64,000 nt of DNA from the NCBI GenBank assembly GCA_964350985.1, contig CAYGLK010000001.1:158636-222635 (forward strand). The letters run 5' to 3'. Positions 56,392 through 64,000 of the stretch are shown here, in pieces (within the stretch, counting starts at the first letter, position 1; every line of letters starts with the position of its first letter). The notes under the pieces are model-generated. The model saw nothing but the letters and a program-made list of their open reading frames with translations, was not told the DNA's origin and made no database searches. The position numbers and the translations under genes are program-made. This DNA is from an uncultured Candidatus Saccharibacteria bacterium (GTDB lineage: Bacteria; Patescibacteriota; Minisyncoccia; Phycocordibacterales; UBA918).

Positions 56392-57789
56392 ATGCAAAGA
56401 ACAATGATAAGCTCACTCAGTGAGCAGGTAGGAAAGGAAGTTAAAATCTGTGCCTGGGTAGACGTATCACGTCTGCAAGGGAAGATGGCTTTTTTTGATT
56501 TTCGAGATCGAAGTGGGAAAGTGCAAGGAGTTGTTTTCGGAAAGCCTGAAGTATTGGAGGTGGCTAAGTCTCTTAGAACAGAGTTCGTGGTGGCAGTTAC
56601 CGGAATGGTTAATGCTCGTCCAGAAAAAATGCGAAATGATAAAGTTCAGAATGGTGACATTGAACTTGAGATTACTGGAATTGAAGTACTAAACGAAGCA
56701 GAAACAACACCATTTGAAATTACTGAGAATTCTATCAATAAAGATGAGGAAATGCGTTTAAAGTATCGCTACCTTGATCTTCGGACTGAGAGAATGCAAA
56801 AGAATATAAAAGTTAGAAGTGAGTTCGTACGACGCTGTCGAGAGTTTTTGATGAAGCAAGACTTTGTTGAAATTGAGACACCACTTTTGACAGAATCAAC
56901 ACCAGAAGGTTCACGTGACTTTGTGGTACCAAGTCGTCATCATCCAGGTAAGTTTTACGCATTGCCACAATCACCGCAACAGTACAAGCAGCTCCTAATG
57001 AATGCTGGTTTTGAACGCTATGTACAAATTGCTCGTGCTATCCGTGACGAAGACCTCCGAGCTGATCGAGGATATGAACATACTCAAGTCGACGTTGAAA
57101 TGTCTTTTGTTGAGCGCGATGACGTGATGCAGATGATTGAGGACATGATTACAGAAGTAGTTGAATCAATGGGTCATACAATCAAACAAAAGCCTTTTCC
57201 ACGTGTTACTTATGCTGAGTCAATGGCAAAATATGGAGCCGATAAGTTTGATATGCGAGACGAAGAGGATAAAAAGAATGGAGTGCTGGCTTATGCTTGG
57301 GTAATTGATTTCCCTTTCTTTGAAAAGACTGATAAAGGTACTTGGACATTTACACACAATCCATTCTCAATGCCAAAGGAAGAACATCTTTCAGACTTGA
57401 TGGAAGGAAAGAATATCGAGAATATTTTAACCTCTCAGTACGACTTGGTTTGTAATGGATTTGAAGCTGGAGGGGGAAGTATCCGTTCACATAAACCAGA
57501 GATCTTAAAAGCAGTTTACAAAGTGATGGGTAATACAGACGAAGAGACGGCAGAAAAGATCGGACACATTCTAGAAGCATTTACTTTTGGTACTCCACCA
57601 CATGGAGGTATCGCTCTTGGGGTTGAAAGAAATGTTATGAATCTAACTGGAGAAGATGCCTTACGTGAAGTTCAGGCTTTCCCAATGACACGAAAAGGAC
57701 AAACCGCTGTGATGAATGCTCCTAAAGCGCTGACTGTTGAACAGATGCTAGAGCTGGGTCTTTCAGTTAATAAAAAGAAAGGGGAGTAG
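56392..57789 (+). CDS. aspS: Aspartate--tRNA ligase (short, lacking most of the GAD insertion)
   Basis: RLKYRYLDLR, TPEGSRDF, LPQSPQQYKQ, RDEDLRADR, PPHGGIALG. Confidence 0.95.
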   Translation: MQRTMISSLSEQVGKEVKICAWVDVSRLQGKMAFFDFRDRSGKVQGVVFGKPEVLEVAKSLRTEFVVAVTGMVNARPEKMRNDKVQNGDIELEITGIEVLNEAETTPFEITENSINKDEEMRLKYRYLDLRTERMQKNIKVRSEFVRRCREFLMKQDFVEIETPLLTESTPEGSRDFVVPSRHHPGKFYALPQSPQQYKQLLMNAGFERYVQIARAIRDEDLRADRGYEHTQVDVEMSFVERDDVMQMIEDMITEVVESMGHTIKQKPFPRVTYAESMAKYGADKFDMRDEEDKKNGVLAYAWVIDFPFFEKTDKGTWTFTHNPFSMPKEEHLSDLMEGKNIENILTSQYDLVCNGFEAGGGSIRSHKPEILKAVYKVMGNTDEETAEKIGHILEAFTFGTPPHGGIALGVERNVMNLTGEDALREVQAFPMTRKGQTAVMNAPKALTVEQMLELGLSVNKKKGE

Positions 57790-57806
57790 AGATCTAGTGG
57801 GGTAGA

Positions 57807-57839
57807 AAAAGGGTGTCAGGCTTTGCCTGACACCCTTTT
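57807..57839. terminator. Intrinsic terminator
   Basis: aaaagggtgtcaggc/gcctgacaccctttt. Confidence 0.85.
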
Positions 57840-57874
57840 CTCGTTTATAAGCGACATAGGGTATAATCTTCAAT

Positions 57875-59305
57875 ATGCTTAAAATCCAGACATCAAACAA
57901 ATCAATTGATCAACTTCCAAAAAATATTTGCCGCTTTATTTTTACTGAAAATCCAGCTACGTACCACCGTTTTGTTGAAACTAGCTCAGGTGAGACAGAA
58001 TATAGAATGGGTCTAGGTAAATGGAACAAAATTAATCAGCGAACTTTTCGAACGCTAGTTCGAACAATTATCCAGACAGCCAAAAGCCATAAAGTAGAAT
58101 CTCTTGCTCTAGATTTTTCTGCTTTAAATTTCCCTAAACTAGAAAATTACGGCGATAAGTGGCTTGCTTCAACCTTGGTAGAAAATCTTCTTTTGGCTGA
58201 CTATGAGTTTACTACCTACAAAACTAAAACAAAGGACAAAGAATCTCTTAAACAAGTCACTGTTACTAACTTAACTAGCAAAGAAGCAAAAGCTGGTTTT
58301 GCTCGAGGTTTAGTTTTGGGTGAACAAATAAATAAGGTCCGGGATATCGCCAATGCTCCAGGGTGCGATATGACTCCAACTCAATTTGGAGAAGCAGCCA
58401 AAGATTTAGCTAAAGGAACTAAAGTATCTATAAAAGTTCTCGGCGAAAAAGAAATCAAAAAACTAAAAATGGGTGCATTGTTGGCGGTGGGGCAAGGAAC
58501 CAAGAGTGAGACTAAATTTATCATTGCTGAATACTGGGGAGCAGGGAAGGCGGCTGGTAAAAATATTCCTGACTCAAAGAAGCCAATTGTCTTGATTGGA
58601 AAAGGAATTACCTACGATAGTGGAGGACTAAATGTAAAACCTTCAGGTTTTATGCATGAAATGCACATGGATATGTCTGGCGGTGCTTCAGTCTTGGCAG
58701 CGATAGTTGCAGCGGCAAAGCTTGGCCTAAAAAAGAATATTGTGGCGCTAGTTCCTTCTGCTGAGAACGCTATTTCAGATGATTCTATGCGGGCTGGAGA
58801 TATTGTTACTTCAATGAGTGGTAAAACGATTGAGGTGCTCCACACAGACGCTGAGGGGAGAATGGTCTTGGCAGACGCTCTTACATACAGTGAGAGATAT
58901 TCACCAAAAGTTATTTTAGATGTGGCTACTTTAACTGGAGCAGCGTTGTCAGCTTTAGGTCAGATGGCTAGTGCTGTTATGACTAAAGATGATGCTTTGG
59001 CAGCAAAGCTAGTTACCTTAGGTGAAACCAGTGGAGATTTAACTTGGCCATTGCCACTATGGGAAGAATATAAGCAAGCCCTAAAAGGTTATAGAGCTGA
59101 TGTTAGCAATATAGCCACAAACTTCTCACGTTTCGGCGGTGCGATTGAGGGAGGTACATTTTTGTCATTTTTTGCACCAAAAAATGTTTCTTGGGCACAT
59201 ATTGATATGGCACCACGAATGAATAGTGTGACTGGAGATAAACTTGCCAAAGGCTCAACCGGAGAACCAGCAAGACTACTTGTAGCTTTTATTGAACAGG
59301 CTTAA
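57875..59305 (+). CDS. pepA: Leucyl aminopeptidase (M17)
   Basis: GKGITYDSGG, DMSG, HTDAEGR, ATLTGA. Confidence 0.93.
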   Translation: MLKIQTSNKSIDQLPKNICRFIFTENPATYHRFVETSSGETEYRMGLGKWNKINQRTFRTLVRTIIQTAKSHKVESLALDFSALNFPKLENYGDKWLASTLVENLLLADYEFTTYKTKTKDKESLKQVTVTNLTSKEAKAGFARGLVLGEQINKVRDIANAPGCDMTPTQFGEAAKDLAKGTKVSIKVLGEKEIKKLKMGALLAVGQGTKSETKFIIAEYWGAGKAAGKNIPDSKKPIVLIGKGITYDSGGLNVKPSGFMHEMHMDMSGGASVLAAIVAAAKLGLKKNIVALVPSAENAISDDSMRAGDIVTSMSGKTIEVLHTDAEGRMVLADALTYSERYSPKVILDVATLTGAALSALGQMASAVMTKDDALAAKLVTLGETSGDLTWPLPLWEEYKQALKGYRADVSNIATNFSRFGGAIEGGTFLSFFAPKNVSWAHIDMAPRMNSVTGDKLAKGSTGEPARLLVAFIEQA

Positions 59306-59317
59306 AATAATCCTATA

Positions 59318-59932
59318 ATGAATTTAGAAAACTATACACCTGAAGTTATTATGGAGGATCTTAAAAGACTCCAGTATCTTTATGGTTTAAAAAGGGAGGT
59401 TCGCTATGCTCAAACAAGGACTCAAGAAGATAGTACAGAGTCTGTAGCTGAGCATGTCTACGGGATGCATATTTGTGCACTGTATTTTTTACACCTTGAA
59501 AATCCTGAAGGTAATTGGGATAAGACTCGTATTTACGAAATGATGACCCTGCATGATATTGATGAGATCGAAACTGGCGATATATTAGGTTACTTGAAAA
59601 ACGATGCTATGAAAGCCGCTGAAGTAGATGCGATGCGTATAGTATTGGAGAAAGCACCAAACAACATGAGGGAGCAAATGACAGGATTAATAAATGAGTA
59701 TTCTGCCAGAGAGACCCCTGAGGCGAAATTTGCTAAGGCGATAGATAAGATTGAGCCAATGGTACATTGCTACAATGAAAAGGGTAAGGCAATCTTCTTA
59801 AAAAACAAGACAACTGAAAAAGACTCACGATCAATGAAGGAACCATATTTTGATGATTTTCCATATATCACTGCTTTTAGTGAAGCTATACATTCAGCAA
59901 TGGTTAACGAAGGTTTTTTCTACAAAGATTAA
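59318..59932 (+). CDS. HD-domain phosphohydrolase (YfbR/HDDC2-like)
   Basis: ESVAEH, HDIDEIETGD, DKIE. Confidence 0.85.
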   Translation: MNLENYTPEVIMEDLKRLQYLYGLKREVRYAQTRTQEDSTESVAEHVYGMHICALYFLHLENPEGNWDKTRIYEMMTLHDIDEIETGDILGYLKNDAMKAAEVDAMRIVLEKAPNNMREQMTGLINEYSARETPEAKFAKAIDKIEPMVHCYNEKGKAIFLKNKTTEKDSRSMKEPYFDDFPYITAFSEAIHSAMVNEGFFYKD

Positions 59933-59968
59933 TTTTGGAACAAAAGAGCGTGGTATTATTAATCCATT

Positions 59969-60718
59969 ATGACAGCTGCTATAGCTAATTCTAATTCTGC
60001 GTTTTCAGTAAAAACCTCAGTCTTTGAGGGGCCGCTTGAGCTATTACTTGATTTAGTTGAGAGACGCAAGCTTCTTATCAATGACATTTCTTTGGCTGCG
60101 GTAACTGATGAATACATGCGACAGGTAAGTGAGATGCAGGAACTTTCACTTCCTAACACGGCTCAGTTTATCACTCTAGCGGCAACGTTACTTTTAGTTA
60201 AGTCAAAGTCACTTCTTCCAGTACTCGAGCTCACTGAAGAAGAGGAGTCTAGTATTGAAGATTTAGAGGAGAGATTACGTTACTATCAAATTATTCGTGA
60301 CGCTTCTTTGGTATTGCAGGAAAATTTTGGAAAAAATATTTTATACACACCTCAATTCACTCCAATCAAAGAACCTCTCTTTGTTCCAGATGATTACTGT
60401 AATTTAGAAAATCTAAAAGAAGCAATTTTTAACGTGCTCCGAGATCTACCAAAAAAAGAAGCTCCGGCCAAAGCTCAGATCAAGATAACTATCTCACTAG
60501 AAGACATGATGCTTCGACTTCAAGATCGTATTTCCAAACAACTCCAAGTCCGTTTTTCTGAATTACACATCGGTGAACCAGAAAGGAAAATAGTCATTGT
60601 CGGTTTTTTGGCAGTATTAGAGCTATTCAAACAAGGAAACTTACTCATTCGACAAGACAGCCTGTTTTCTGACATGGAAATTGAGCTAGATAAGGGCCAA
60701 ACTCCTTCATACCACTAA
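59969..60718 (+). CDS. scpA: Segregation and condensation protein A
   Basis: FEGPLELLLDL, KSKSLLP, FLAVLEL. Confidence 0.93.
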   Translation: MTAAIANSNSAFSVKTSVFEGPLELLLDLVERRKLLINDISLAAVTDEYMRQVSEMQELSLPNTAQFITLAATLLLVKSKSLLPVLELTEEEESSIEDLEERLRYYQIIRDASLVLQENFGKNILYTPQFTPIKEPLFVPDDYCNLENLKEAIFNVLRDLPKKEAPAKAQIKITISLEDMMLRLQDRISKQLQVRFSELHIGEPERKIVIVGFLAVLELFKQGNLLIRQDSLFSDMEIELDKGQTPSYH

Positions 60719-60809
60719 ATTTAGCTATCCTAGGGTGCTAGGGACTACCTTATTATTTAAGTGGTTAATTACTTAAAATAAGGCTATTTCTTGTGTTAGA
60801 ATATAACAT

Positions 60810-61352
60810 ATGCCTATAGACGTCCTGATAGAAGGATTGCTTTTTTATAAATCTGCTCCGCAAAAAAAGCAGACTATTTTGAAGTTGTTTGAAATTTCTC
60901 CTGAAGAAATGACAAGTGCTATTGCTGTATTACATGAAAGACTTTCAACTGGCGCTACTAGACTAGTAGAAACAAATGAAGAATTACAGTTGGTTACTTG
61001 TTCAGAATTAGCGCCAGTGATCGAAGCTTTACGAAAAAGTGAAATGAAAGCTGATATTGGAAAGGCAGGTGCAGAAACTTTGGCAATTATTTTATACCAA
61101 GAGCCAGTATCTCGAGCTGAGATAGATCGTATTCGTGGTGTGAACTCTTCTTTTATTTTACGCAACCTAATGATCAGAGGATTGGTCGATAGAACTCATA
61201 ATAAAAATCGAGGTGCTTTTGAGTTTACTATTAGTCCAGCACTGTTAAATTACTTGAGTATTACTCAGAAACATGAATTGCCTGACTTTGCTGTTATAGC
61301 TAATGCCTTGGAAAAATTTAACCAAAGTAATACTGAGGTAGAAAATGTATGA
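60810..61352 (+). CDS. scpB: Segregation and condensation protein B
   Basis: ETLAIILY..PVSRAEIDRIRGVNS. Confidence 0.93.
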   Translation: MPIDVLIEGLLFYKSAPQKKQTILKLFEISPEEMTSAIAVLHERLSTGATRLVETNEELQLVTCSELAPVIEALRKSEMKADIGKAGAETLAIILYQEPVSRAEIDRIRGVNSSFILRNLMIRGLVDRTHNKNRGAFEFTISPALLNYLSITQKHELPDFAVIANALEKFNQSNTEVENV

Positions 61353-62383
61353 TAGACGAAGAAAACTACATTATTGAAAGTCCGGAAGAGGTTACCGAAG
61401 ATCCGGAGCCAGAGAAAGGAAAACCTCGATTTCCTGTTAAAAAGCAACTTATTTTAATAGCTGCTTTTCTGCTTATTTTGTTTGGTAGTGTAGTGATTCC
61501 ACAGACCATGGCCATTTTTGATGGTACTAATAATGAACTCAAAGTGCCACAAAATTCTACTTTAACAATTGATACAGAAGTGGTGTCGGTACCACAAAAA
61601 ATTGAGTCAGTAAATCTTCGGGCTAAGTCAGCCTATGTTTGGGATATTGTTGGTCAAAGAATGTTGTACGAAAAAAATCCAGATGAAGTTTTACCACTAG
61701 CTTCAATTACAAAGTTGATGACAGCCTTGGTGGCTTATGAATTAGTTCCAGATGAGACTCTGGTAACTATCTCTAGTTCTGCTGCAGCTGAACAAAGTGG
61801 GGGAGGTATTGCCGCTGGGGAAGTCTTTGTTGTAAAAGAGTTGGCGGACTTTGCGCTAGTGTCTTCGTATAATAGTGCTGCTCATACTTTGGCTGAGTCT
61901 GTGGGAAAAAAACTTGGTAGCGGAGACCCAATGGCACAGTTTGTCGCAGCAATGAACATTAAAGCAGAAGAATTAAGTCTAAAAAGTCTAGAATATTTAA
62001 GTACTACTGGCTTAGATATTTCAACTACTAAAGCTGGTGCATATGGTAGCGCTAGAGATACTAGTTTTCTAATGGAATATATTTATTTAACTTATCCTGA
62101 AATATTATTGCCGACAGTTTCTCCTAGTACTCGGTTGTATAACCAATCTGGAAAACATCATGACGCTGATAATACTAATGACATTATTGGTGAAATTCCA
62201 AATCTGCTTGGATCTAAAACTGGCTACACTGATTTGGCTGGGGGTAATTTAACTATAATTTTTGATACTGGATTTAATCGACCAATAGTCGTGACTGTCC
62301 TTGGTTCTACTCGAAACGAAAGATTTGCCGATATAAAAAAGTTAGTAGCAGCGGTACAAGACTCAATGTTTAATTCACAATAA
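61349..62383 (+). CDS. D-alanyl-D-alanine carboxypeptidase (S11)
   Basis: PLASITKLMT, SYN, SKTGYTDLAGG. Confidence 0.88.
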   Translation: MIDEENYIIESPEEVTEDPEPEKGKPRFPVKKQLILIAAFLLILFGSVVIPQTMAIFDGTNNELKVPQNSTLTIDTEVVSVPQKIESVNLRAKSAYVWDIVGQRMLYEKNPDEVLPLASITKLMTALVAYELVPDETLVTISSSAAAEQSGGGIAAGEVFVVKELADFALVSSYNSAAHTLAESVGKKLGSGDPMAQFVAAMNIKAEELSLKSLEYLSTTGLDISTTKAGAYGSARDTSFLMEYIYLTYPEILLPTVSPSTRLYNQSGKHHDADNTNDIIGEIPNLLGSKTGYTDLAGGNLTIIFDTGFNRPIVVTVLGSTRNERFADIKKLVAAVQDSMFNSQ

Positions 62384-62389
62384 ATTATT

Positions 62390-63448
62390 ATGGAAACTCT
62401 CATCATCAAACTACTTTTACCCTCTGTAATGACTTTTTGTGTTGGGATTCTTATTTCTCCGATTTTGACTCATTACCTTTATAAATATAAAGTTTGGAAA
62501 AAGGAAGGTGGCAAGTTAGCTATCGGTGGACACACGGCCGTTGAATTTAACCGACTTAAAGGAGTTAATGAAACAAAAACACCTAGAATGGGAGGTATAG
62601 TTATTTGGGGAAGTGTTTTTATTACTTTTGCATTACTTTATATCTTGGCTGCACTTAGTAGTAATACCTTTTTCTCAGAATTATTTTTCTTGAGCCGCTC
62701 ACAAAACTGGATACCGGTAGCTAGTCTGTTAGTAGGAGCACTACTAGGTTTTTTGAATGATTTTTATGATGTTCAACATGGGGGTAATGGAGTTAGGCTG
62801 TCTGTACGTTTAGGCTTAATTACTCTCTTGTCTACTTTTATGGGGTGGTGGTTTTATGCAAAACTAGGAGTAGATAGCATCGGAATTCCATTTTTTGATC
62901 CGCTTTACATTGGCTTTTTAATTATCCCTTTCTTTGTCCTGCTGACAATGGGACTTTATGCTAGTGGAGTGATTGATGGAATTGACGGCCTGTCAGGCGG
63001 AGTCTTTGCTATTATATTTTTTGCTTATGGTGGAGTGGCAGTACTTCAGTCTCAGTTTGATCTAGCTGCTTTCTGTTTGATGGTTACTGGTGGAATTTTA
63101 GCTTTTCTTTGGTTTAACGTTCCTCCGGCTCGTTTTTGGATGACTGAGACAGGTTCGATGGCCTTAACGCTGTCACTCGCCGCGGTGGTGATGATGACAG
63201 ATGATTTGGTCTCAGGTCATGGGATCGCATTGTTGCCTGTAATTGGTTTCCTTTTAGTACTTACTGTTTTGTCCAATGTGGTTCAGATTTTTTATCGAAA
63301 ATTAACTGGTAAGAAACTACTCCGAATCGCACCTTTACATCATCATTTTGAAGCTATTGGTTGGCCGTCATATAAAGTAACCATGCGGTATTGGATTATA
63401 AGTATGATCTGCGCTGGTGCCGGACTGGTTTTAGTCGCTATTATCTAG
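62390..63448 (+). CDS. mraY: Phospho-N-acetylmuramoyl-pentapeptide transferase
   Basis: KTPRMGG, DGIDGL, FLWFNVPPA, APLHHHFE. Confidence 0.92.
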   Translation: METLIIKLLLPSVMTFCVGILISPILTHYLYKYKVWKKEGGKLAIGGHTAVEFNRLKGVNETKTPRMGGIVIWGSVFITFALLYILAALSSNTFFSELFFLSRSQNWIPVASLLVGALLGFLNDFYDVQHGGNGVRLSVRLGLITLLSTFMGWWFYAKLGVDSIGIPFFDPLYIGFLIIPFFVLLTMGLYASGVIDGIDGLSGGVFAIIFFAYGGVAVLQSQFDLAAFCLMVTGGILAFLWFNVPPARFWMTETGSMALTLSLAAVVMMTDDLVSGHGIALLPVIGFLLVLTVLSNVVQIFYRKLTGKKLLRIAPLHHHFEAIGWPSYKVTMRYWIISMICAGAGLVLVAII

Positions 63449-63449
63449 T

Positions 63450-64000
63450 ATGAGTAGTCGCAATCCAAAAGCAGTAGATTCAACTTTAGCTATATTGGTT
63501 GTTTTGCTAGTGGTTGGTGGCTTTTTTATTTTCTCTTCAGCCTCACTTGGTTTACTCGCTAGAGGTGGAGCTAGTTTTGGATCTGTGGCATTTAGTCAAT
63601 TTTTCTTTGGGATTGTTGGCGGGGGACTGGCGATGCTGGTTACTAGCAATATCTACTATCGTAACTGGCGACAATATGCTTTTTATATTTTTGTCGCTAC
63701 TGCTCTATTTACCTTAGCGGTTTTTATTCCGGGCTTGGGTATGTCACATGGTGGAGCGACTAGGTGGATTGACCTCGGTTTTACAACAATCCAACCATCA
63801 GAGTTATTTAAGATTGGCTTCATTATTTACGTGGCAACACTATTTTCTGGAACTCATCGTCAGATTGAAACTTGGCGATATGGAGTAGTACCATTCGTAG
63901 GAGTATTGTTTGTCACTGCTTTGATAATGCTAGCCTTACCAGATACAGATACTTTTCTGCTAATGGCTACAGCTGGAGTAGCAATGTTTGTTACAGCCGG
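63450..64000 (+). CDS. ftsW: FtsW/RodA SEDS protein (partial, runs off window end)
   Basis: Manual translation MSSRNPKAVDS...FSSAS...GGATRWIDLGFTTIQPSELFK...LPD; follows mraY. Confidence 0.88.
   Translation, partial: MSSRNPKAVDSTLAILVVLLVVGGFFIFSSASLGLLARGGASFGSVAFSQFFFGIVGGGLAMLVTSNIYYRNWRQYAFYIFVATALFTLAVFIPGLGMSHGGATRWIDLGFTTIQPSELFKIGFIIYVATLFSGTHRQIETWRYGVVPFVGVLFVTALIMLALPDTDTFLLMATAGVAMFVTA

Noticed and set aside
60722-60750. Small hairpin between scpA and scpB
   Set aside because: Short and imperfect, with no U-tract or second copy; not supportable as a feature.
1-64000. Alternative genetic code (TGA recoding)
   Set aside because: Conserved genes are full-length under the standard code, and TGA ends genes such as def and yggU-like.

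Overview
64 kb from a small, AT-rich bacterial genome using the standard code. It is most likely Patescibacteria/CPR (Parcubacteria-like), inferred from the HTH-fused MurA, truncated PriA, two MreBs, stand-alone VirB4/TraG-like ATPase, short AspRS and -10 boxes placed just before start codons. Layout: (1) 1-4214 is the 5' part of a giant secreted repeat protein on the minus strand, missed by the ORF track. (2) ~4280-4530 is a DnaA-box cluster (oriC candidate). (3) ~5.1-16.5 kb is an accessory array downstream of a minus-strand tRNA-Asn(GTT). Unrelated small genes are separated by recurring GCTCC-core junctions matching the tRNA 3' end. The junctions carry short coding 'LDEFRT/VREVRT' tails, palindromic spacers, shared terminator hairpins and abutting TTGACA promoters. 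No integrase lies in the window, and the intact tRNA is nested in a broken copy of itself. This integron-like, tRNA-anchored cassette array is the best candidate for an undescribed system. (4) 16.6-64 kb is mostly housekeeping: hpf, fmt, def, priA, HTH-murA, mreB, frr, rseP, proS, mreBCD-PBP2, greA, lysS-DUF2000-like, mraZ-rsmH-ftsL-ftsI-murF, grpE-dnaK-dnaJ, trpS, T-box-aspS, pepA, scpAB, dac, mraY, ftsW. It also holds a putative enzyme/exporter/receptor signalling island at 51.3-55.2 kb. All calls were made by eye from sequence motifs; no searches were run.
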